Positions 57,567-64,000 of a DNA stretch of 64,000 nucleotides are shown here, one piece after another (position 1 is the stretch's first letter; every line of letters starts with the position of its first letter). The translations under genes were made by a program, and so were the position numbers. Below the pieces are notes generated by a model. It was not told the DNA's origin, made no database searches, and was given only the letters and a program-made list of their open reading frames with translations. The DNA lies in NCBI GenBank assembly GCA_034521815.1, contig JAXHLW010000013.1, positions 800,001-864,000 of the forward strand, in the 5' to 3' direction. The DNA is from Trueperaceae bacterium. Lineage in GTDB: Bacteria > Deinococcota > Deinococci > Deinococcales > Trueperaceae.

Positions 57567-59552
57567 ATGCAGGTCATCCTTCCAGACGGAACACGGCTCG
57601 ACGTCCCGGCGCACGCCACCGGACGCGAGGTAGCCCAGGCGATCGGTCCGGGCTTGGCCAAGGCCGCGCTCGGCACGACCGTCGACGGCCGCCTCTCCGA
57701 CCTCATGACCGCCGTGCCCGACGGTGCCGAGGTCGCCATCCTCACCAAGCGCGACGACGCCTGGATCGACCTCGCGCGGCACACCCTGGCGCACGTCATG
57801 GCGCAGGCCGTCCGCGAGCAGCTGACCGAGGAGGGGTTCGACCCGAACGAGGTCAAGCTCGCGATCGGTCCGGTGATCGAGAACGGCTTCTACTACGACA
57901 TGGATCTTCCGCGAAGCCTGACGCCCGAAGACCTGCCCACCCTCGAAAAGCGCATGCGGCGCATCGTCGCGGACGACCTGCCGCTGCGGCGGTTCGAGCT
58001 CCCGCGCGAGACGGCGCTGCGCCGCTACCGCGAGATCGGCGATCCGTACAAGGTGGAGCTGATCGAGGATCTGCCCGAGGACGCGCCGCTGAGCTTCTAC
58101 GAGCAGGGGGGCGAGGCGGGGTTCACCGACCTCTGCCGCGGACCGCACCTTCCGTCCACGGGCAAGATCCCCGCGCATTTCAGGCTGATGAGCCTGGCGG
58201 GCGCGTACTGGCGCGGCGACGAGCGACGCCCGATGCTGCAGCGCGTGTACGGCGTGGCGTTCAAGACGGCGGAGGAGCTCGAGCGGCACCTGTGGCGTCT
58301 CGAGGAGGCGAAGAAGCGCGACCACCGCAAGCTCGGCCAGCAGCTCGAGATCTTCACGCTGGACGACGACATCGGGCCGGGCTTGCCGCTGTGGCTTCCG
58401 CGCGGCACGGTCATGGTCGACGAGATCGAGAAGCTCGCCAAGGAGATGGAGCGCAAGGCCGGCTACCAGCGGGTGCGCTCGCCGCATCTCAGCAAGGAGG
58501 ACCTGTTCCTCAAGAGCGGGCACCTGCCGTACTACGAGCACGACATGTACCCGGCGATGGAGCTCGACAACGTCCGCTACTTCGTCAAGCCGATGAACTG
58601 CCCGTTCCACCACAAGATCTACGACGCGCGGCCGCGCAGCTACCGCGAGCTGCCGCTGCGGCTGGCCGAGTACGGCACCTGCTACCGCTACGAGGACTCG
58701 GGCGCGCTGATGGGCCTGATGCGGGTCCGCAGCATGCAGATGAACGACGCGCACATCTACTGCACCGAGGCGCAGTTCGAGGCCGAGTTCCTGGCCGTGA
58801 TCGAGCTCTACCTCGAGTACTTCCGCCTGTTCGGGATCGAGGAGTACGTGATGCGGTTCTCCAAGCACGCGCCGGCGGGCCTGGGCAAGAAGTACGTCGA
58901 CGAGCCCGAGCTGTGGATCCGCACCGAGGAGATGGTCCGCAAGGTGATGGTCGAGAACGACGTCCCTCACGTCGAGGCCGAGGACGAGGCCGCGTTCTAC
59001 GGTCCGAAGATCGACGTGCAGATCACCAGCGCCATCGGACGCGAGTTCACGCTGGCCACGAACCAGGTGGACTTCGCGCAACCGCGCCGGTTCGGGCTCG
59101 AGTACGCCGCCGAGGACGGCACGCGCAAGACCCCGCTGTGCCTGCACCGCGCGCCGCTGTCGACCCACGAGCGGCTGATCGGCTTCCTGATCGAGCACTA
59201 CGCCGGCGACTTCCCGCTCTGGCTGGCGCCCGAGCAGGTGCGGATCGTGCCGATCGCCGACCGCCACCTCGGCTACGCCGAGGAGGTCAGGGCGGCGCTG
59301 GACGCCGTGGAGCTTCGCGCCGAGGTGGACGGCCGCAGCGAGCGGATGAACGCCAAGATCCGCGACGCGGAGCTGCTCAAGGTCCCCTACACCGTGATCC
59401 TGGGCGACAGGGAAGAGCAGGACCACGTCGTGTCGTTCCGAAGCCGGCAGGAGCCCGAGGCGAAGGGCGTGTCGCTGGACGCGTTCGTGCGACACCTGAC
59501 GCAGGCCCGTGACCGTCGGGCGGGCGAGATCGAGGCGATCGCAGCGCCCTGA
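57567..59552 (+). CDS. thrS: Threonyl-tRNA synthetase
   Basis: TGS start MQVILPDG, RHTLAH, DLCRGPH, GAYWRG, RDHRKLG, KPMNCP, AFYGPKID, HRA; anticodon-binding domain. Confidence 0.97.
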   Translation: MQVILPDGTRLDVPAHATGREVAQAIGPGLAKAALGTTVDGRLSDLMTAVPDGAEVAILTKRDDAWIDLARHTLAHVMAQAVREQLTEEGFDPNEVKLAIGPVIENGFYYDMDLPRSLTPEDLPTLEKRMRRIVADDLPLRRFELPRETALRRYREIGDPYKVELIEDLPEDAPLSFYEQGGEAGFTDLCRGPHLPSTGKIPAHFRLMSLAGAYWRGDERRPMLQRVYGVAFKTAEELERHLWRLEEAKKRDHRKLGQQLEIFTLDDDIGPGLPLWLPRGTVMVDEIEKLAKEMERKAGYQRVRSPHLSKEDLFLKSGHLPYYEHDMYPAMELDNVRYFVKPMNCPFHHKIYDARPRSYRELPLRLAEYGTCYRYEDSGALMGLMRVRSMQMNDAHIYCTEAQFEAEFLAVIELYLEYFRLFGIEEYVMRFSKHAPAGLGKKYVDEPELWIRTEEMVRKVMVENDVPHVEAEDEAAFYGPKIDVQITSAIGREFTLATNQVDFAQPRRFGLEYAAEDGTRKTPLCLHRAPLSTHERLIGFLIEHYAGDFPLWLAPEQVRIVPIADRHLGYAEEVRAALDAVELRAEVDGRSERMNAKIRDAELLKVPYTVILGDREEQDHVVSFRSRQEPEAKGVSLDAFVRHLTQARDRRAGEIEAIAAP

Positions 59553-59735
59553 GACGGCCGACCGGCCGGCCCGCGACGGACGCCACGGACGGACGCGAAG
59601 GACGGACGGGACGAGAGGGACGGACGGGACGAACGACACTTCGCCGTAGATCCCTCGGGCCCTACGATCGGGCTCGGAGCATCGGCTGACCGAGGGACTC
59701 ACCGACCCGTTTCGGGTCGCGGAGGGCAGGTCGTC

Positions 59736-61715
59736 ATGACGTTCCGCCGCTGGGTCATCCTCGCTCACGTCGTCCTCGTCGCGGGTCTTTCGGGCGCACT
59801 CGCCCAACCTACGAGCCGGTTGGCGCTCGGTGCGACCGCGTCGGGCACCATCGACACCTGGTCGAGCAAGCACGTCTATTTCGTGAGCGTGCCGAACGGC
59901 CTGGAGGCCTTGACGATCGAGGTGGACGGCGAGGGGCGCGACGCCGACCTGGGCGTGTACCTGGGCGACCGCGAGCTCCATCGCGACACGAGCAGCGATC
60001 CGAACCCGACGTTCACGCTGCGCGACCCGGTCGCGGGGGAGTACCGCGTCGAGGTGCTCAACCTGCTGTTCCACGATCTTCGCTACACCGTCCGTGCCTA
60101 CGGGGACGGCGCGGGCATGGACCGGGAGTCCGGCAGCACGACCGCCGAGGACGGCCTGTTCGGCAGCACCCGCATGGGCGCGATCGAGCTCGGAGGTCGC
60201 CGGCAGGGGACGGTCCCGGCGTCGCAGATCGATCACGCCTACGATCTCTACGTCCCCGCCGACACGGATCGACTCGCGATCCGGGTCGATGCCGACGGCG
60301 TCGACGTCGACCTCGCCGTCGAGCTCGACGGCGCCGAGATCTACGACGACATCAGCGCCGATCCGTACCCGACGTTCACGCAGCGCGACCCGGTCGCGGG
60401 CAGGTACACCATCCGCGTCAAGAACCTGCTTCCGCGCGACATTCCCTACCTGCTCAGCGTCGACGCGCTCGGACCTTCCGAGGCCGGAAGCACGCCGAGC
60501 GACACGTCGACCGCGCCTGCGACACCCGCGAGGCCGGCGAGCGATACGAGCTGGGTCGCGGACTTCGCGGACGGCGACGTGGGCGGTTGGACCGTCGAGA
60601 ACGGCACGCTGTCGAACCCCGGTCACGACGGCCCGGACGGGCGCGGACACCTCTACGCGGTCACGCCCTCCGACGGACGGACGGGCTACTTCGTCGCGCC
60701 CGCGACCGTGTCCGGCGACTGGTCGGCCGTGACGAGCGTGCAGCTCACGCTGCGGATCGGGCCGAAGCATCCGGACGGCAGCAGGTACGGAGCGTTCACG
60801 TCCGGCGCTGCGGGCGACGTCGTCCTCACGAACGGCGCGAAGACCGCTGCGTTCGTCTTCCCGAACGACGTGACGGCATCGTGGTCGACCTTCGACGTTC
60901 CCCTCGACGGCGACGCCGGCTGGCGCCTCGGTGGCGGCGCGCGGAGCCTGGCCGAGGTCGTGGCGAACGTCACGTCGTTCAAGATCAGGGCCGAGTACCT
61001 GCTGGGGACCGCCGACGCCGGTCTCGCCGAGGTACGGCTGCGTGGCGGAGCGACTCCAGCGACCACGACGGCCACGGCGATCGGTAGCGCGGTGGTGCTC
61101 GATTGCGACCAGCGAGCGGACGAGGGAGAGCTCGCGTCGCTGCGCCCGGGCGAGCGCGCGACGGTCAGCTGTCCGGCGGGCTGCAGCAGCGGACGAACGG
61201 TGTGGGGCACGGACGTCTACACCGACGACTCGTCGGTGTGCCGCGCAGCCGTTCACGCCGGCATCGTCGACCTCCAGCAGGGTGGCACCGCGACGTTGAC
61301 GATCCTGCCTGGCGCATCGAGCTATCTCGGAACGGATCGCCACGGCATCCGCACCGTCCCGTACGGGTCGTGGGACCGCAGCTTCTCGCTCGAACGGGCG
61401 ATCGCCGACGAGCCGGCCGTGGCGCCGCCGGCACGGACCAGGCTGAGCGTGCACGCCACCACGGTGGCGGCCGGAGAGCCGGTCACGGTCGAGTTCACGG
61501 GCGGCCCCAGCGACGCGCAAGCCTGGGTGGGCCTGTTCCGCGTCGGTGCCGAGGACCGTGCATACCTCGACTGGCAGTACACCGGTGGCGCCGAGGCGGA
61601 CCGCGTGGCGCTCGATGCGCCCCGCGAGGCGGGCCGCTACGAAGCCCGCATCTTCGCCGATGTCGGGTACGACAGGCTGGCGACCAGCTCGACGTTCGAG
61701 GTGACCGACCGCTGA
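59736..61715 (+). CDS. Secreted multidomain protein: two PPC domains, laminin-B-like domain, LCCL domain, Ig-like domain
   Basis: Signal peptide; repeated DADL.V...D.S.DP.PTFT.RDPVAG.Y PPC units; GW...GYFVAPA...GDWS segment; CPAGC...VWGTDVYTDDSSVCRAAVHAG LCCL signature. Confidence 0.8.
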   Translation: MTFRRWVILAHVVLVAGLSGALAQPTSRLALGATASGTIDTWSSKHVYFVSVPNGLEALTIEVDGEGRDADLGVYLGDRELHRDTSSDPNPTFTLRDPVAGEYRVEVLNLLFHDLRYTVRAYGDGAGMDRESGSTTAEDGLFGSTRMGAIELGGRRQGTVPASQIDHAYDLYVPADTDRLAIRVDADGVDVDLAVELDGAEIYDDISADPYPTFTQRDPVAGRYTIRVKNLLPRDIPYLLSVDALGPSEAGSTPSDTSTAPATPARPASDTSWVADFADGDVGGWTVENGTLSNPGHDGPDGRGHLYAVTPSDGRTGYFVAPATVSGDWSAVTSVQLTLRIGPKHPDGSRYGAFTSGAAGDVVLTNGAKTAAFVFPNDVTASWSTFDVPLDGDAGWRLGGGARSLAEVVANVTSFKIRAEYLLGTADAGLAEVRLRGGATPATTTATAIGSAVVLDCDQRADEGELASLRPGERATVSCPAGCSSGRTVWGTDVYTDDSSVCRAAVHAGIVDLQQGGTATLTILPGASSYLGTDRHGIRTVPYGSWDRSFSLERAIADEPAVAPPARTRLSVHATTVAAGEPVTVEFTGGPSDAQAWVGLFRVGAEDRAYLDWQYTGGAEADRVALDAPREAGRYEARIFADVGYDRLATSSTFEVTDR

Positions 61716-61810
61716 AGCGGACCGGTACACCCGCTGAAGCGGAGCGGTGTCGCGCCTGTGCTAGCGGCGCATGCCTGGAGGCCAGATCCGACCGCCCGCA
61801 GTGGCGGCTG

Positions 61811-62362
61811 CTACGCCGCCACGATCGTCACCGACTCGATCACGTCGGGCTCGGCTCCGCCCGGCCTGGACGGATCGACCCGAGCGACGCCGTCCAGCAC
61901 CTCGGCGCCCTCCACGACGCGGCCGAACACGGCGTGCTTGCCGTCCAGCCACGGCGTGGCGGCGAAGGTGATGAAGAACTGGCTGCCGTTCGTTCCCGGC
62001 CCGGCGTTCGCCATGCTGACCGTGCCGGGCTCGTCGTGGCGCAGCTCGTCGTGGAACTCGTCGGCGAACTGGTACCCCGGTCCGCCGCGGCCGGTGCCGG
62101 TCGGGTCGCCGGTCTGCGCCATGAAGTCCTCGAGGACGCGGTGGAACGGCACGCCGTCGTAGAAGCGGTTCAGCGCCAGGAACACGAAGTTGTTCACCGT
62201 GGCAGGAGCCCGGTCCTGCGCCAGGTCGATCACGATGCGGCCGGCGCTGGTCTCGAGCACGGCGCGATAGTCGCGATCCTGCTCGAGCACCTGCTCGGCG
62301 CCACGGAACTGGGTGGTGCGCTGATCGGCGCGGGGGACGGGCGTGTAGCTGGCGTCGGTCAC
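61811..62362 (-). CDS. Cyclophilin-type peptidyl-prolyl isomerase (cytoplasmic)
   Basis: [52 protein letters not shown] overlaps the upstream stop. Confidence 0.94.
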   Translation of the reverse strand: MTDASYTPVPRADQRTTQFRGAEQVLEQDRDYRAVLETSAGRIVIDLAQDRAPATVNNFVFLALNRFYDGVPFHRVLEDFMAQTGDPTGTGRGGPGYQFADEFHDELRHDEPGTVSMANAGPGTNGSQFFITFAATPWLDGKHAVFGRVVEGAEVLDGVARVDPSRPGGAEPDVIESVTIVAA

Positions 62363-63366
62363 GATGGATCCTCCTGGGGTCGCGTCACGATGGTGACGCG
62401 CTCGATGCGGTCGGGAACGTCGAACAGGCCGACGGCGGCGGCGCCGCCTGCGCTGCCCAGAACGCCGCGCCGGCCGACGATCTGGAACGACTGGCCTTCG
62501 CTCGGAAGCTCGCCGAGCTGCGCGGCGAGCCAGTCGCCGACGGTTCCTTGGGCGTCGGCGGCCTCGTCGACGCCCTGCTCGGCCAGCACCGAGACCGGCT
62601 CGGAGAGGCGGGCGACGGCGGAGGGGGCTTGCGGATCGACGCGCGTGAGTCGCTCCAGGACCGGCAAGCCGTCGACCACCTCGCCGAACACCGCGTGGTT
62701 GCCGTCCAGCCACGGCGTGGCTGCGAAGGTGATGAAGAACTGGCTGCCGTTCGTGTCGGGACCGGCGTTCGCCATGCTGAGCAGCCCTGCCCGGTCGTGG
62801 CTCAGTCCTTCGACGATCTCGTCCTCGAAGGTGTAGCCGGGTCCGCCCGAGCCGGTACCGGTGGGGTCGCCCGTCTGAGCCATGAAGCCGTCGATCACGC
62901 GGTGGAACGCGACCCCCTCGTAGAAGCGGTGCAGCGCGAGGAACACGACGTTGTTCACGGTTCGGGGCACACGCTGCTCGTACAGGTCCAGCGTCAGGGT
63001 GCCGGCCGTGGTCTCCACGACGGCGCGATAGTCGAGGCCGTCCTGGAGCACCGGCTCGGCCCGCTCGAAGCTCTGCACGGGGGCGTCCGACAGGAACGGG
63101 ACCGGCTCGAAGCCGTCCGGGAGCTGGGCCGATCCCGTCTGTGTCGATCCGGCTTGGTCCGATCCCGCCTGGTCCGATGCCGCGCCACCGACGCCGTCGG
63201 CCTGGGCCTCGTCGGCCCCGACGGCGCCACCGACGGTCGAAGGCGACGCGTCGGCCGAAACGCCGGACGCGGACCCCGACGGGGTCAAGCGGTCCCCGAA
63301 CGCGGTCCAGGCACCGATGGCCAACAGCGCGAGCACGACGGCGACGAGCGCGACGATGCGGCTCAT
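62359..63366 (-). CDS. Cyclophilin-type peptidyl-prolyl isomerase with N-terminal membrane anchor
   Basis: N-terminal TM helix, S/G/Q linker, [31 protein letters not shown]. Confidence 0.93.
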   Translation of the reverse strand: MSRIVALVAVVLALLAIGAWTAFGDRLTPSGSASGVSADASPSTVGGAVGADEAQADGVGGAASDQAGSDQAGSTQTGSAQLPDGFEPVPFLSDAPVQSFERAEPVLQDGLDYRAVVETTAGTLTLDLYEQRVPRTVNNVVFLALHRFYEGVAFHRVIDGFMAQTGDPTGTGSGGPGYTFEDEIVEGLSHDRAGLLSMANAGPDTNGSQFFITFAATPWLDGNHAVFGEVVDGLPVLERLTRVDPQAPSAVARLSEPVSVLAEQGVDEAADAQGTVGDWLAAQLGELPSEGQSFQIVGRRGVLGSAGGAAAVGLFDVPDRIERVTIVTRPQEDPS

Positions 63367-63576
63367 CGTGTCCGACGGCCGGGCACCGCGGCGGAGCACG
63401 TGGTGGAAAGCGTCATGGCGGCCAGTGTATCCCGGGTCCGCGGCCCCGTCCGTGGCCCCAGCCGCGCCGGCGGCGCGAGCGAGCGTCGGCGCGACGGCGC
63501 GCGGAGGCGGCGCGCCAGGCGCCGATTCGTGATCTTCTCATCGCGAGGGGGAAACGAGGCCCGGTAGAGTGGGTGC

Positions 63577-64000
63577 GTGAACTTCAGCGACCTTCTCTCC
63601 ACCCTCGTCCAGCGCGGCGCATCCGACATCCACCTGCACTGCGGTTTGCCGCCGCTAGCCCGCATCAACGGCAAGCTCACGCCCGTCGAGGGCAGCAAGG
63701 TCGTTCCCGCCTTCACCGAGAAACTCGTCGAGGTGATGGGTGACGAGCGCCAACGTGCGGTCTTCGCCGACAGGCACCAGGTGGACCTGGCGTACAGCGT
63801 GTCCGGCCTGGCACGCTTCCGCGTCAACCTCTTCCGGCAGCGCGGCTCGGTGAGCGTCGTCATGCGCGTGATCACGAACGACGAGTCGAAGCTCAAGGTC
63901 GTGAACCTGCCGCAGGAAACGGTGGACTTCTTCCGCGACAAGGAGAAGGGCCTGGTGCTGGTCACCGGCCCCACCGGCTCGGGCAAGTCGACGACGCTGG
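63577..64000 (+). CDS. pilT: Type IV pilus retraction ATPase PilT/PilU family (3'-truncated; absent from the ORF track)
   Basis: GTG start MNFSDLL...GASDIHL...PP..RING, RFRVNLFRQRG, GLVLVTGPTGSGKSTTL. TAGAGT lies 6 nt upstream. Confidence 0.9.
   Translation, partial: MNFSDLLSTLVQRGASDIHLHCGLPPLARINGKLTPVEGSKVVPAFTEKLVEVMGDERQRAVFADRHQVDLAYSVSGLARFRVNLFRQRGSVSVVMRVITNDESKLKVVNLPQETVDFFRDKEKGLVLVTGPTGSGKSTTL

Overview
High-GC (roughly 70% by eye) bacterial chromosome segment, most likely Deinococcota (Truepera-like). This is inferred from an RqkA-type kinase with its small partner gene, MglAB, a PCC13-62-type ferritin-like protein, Thermus-like LeuA/CimA and many leaderless TANNNT promoters. 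It is mostly core genome: leuA-cimA-gltB; Ser/Thr kinase plus a small RHH-like gene divergent from murA; hisCBH-SPOR-rapZ-yvcK-DOMON-sulfite oxidase; a TPR protein; nfeD-floA-yqfB-phoH-7TM/HD-ybeY-dgkA-cdd; yihY; tRNA-Trp; iscA; gcvTHPAB; mglBA; yegP; convergent tRNA-Met and tRNA-Leu(UAA) around a decayed 1.5 kb segment; glpKD; maltose-type ABC components; dprA; cysS; yigZ; an uncharacterised membrane operon; a NAGPA-family protein; thrS; a secreted PPC-PPC-laminin-like-LCCL protein; two cyclophilins; and the start of pilT. I saw no CRISPR array, transposase, integrase or phage gene. The most notable items are two intact, separately promoted apparent pseudo-enzymes (AdoMetDC-like with EAH in place of ESH, and AroE-like lacking catalytic and NADP motifs), a kinase/RHH/operator/murA regulatory arrangement, a probable ATC start for phoH, and a possibly chimeric ThrRS. 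Three genes carry frameshifts that may be assembly indels. All calls come from motif recognition by eye; no searches were run.
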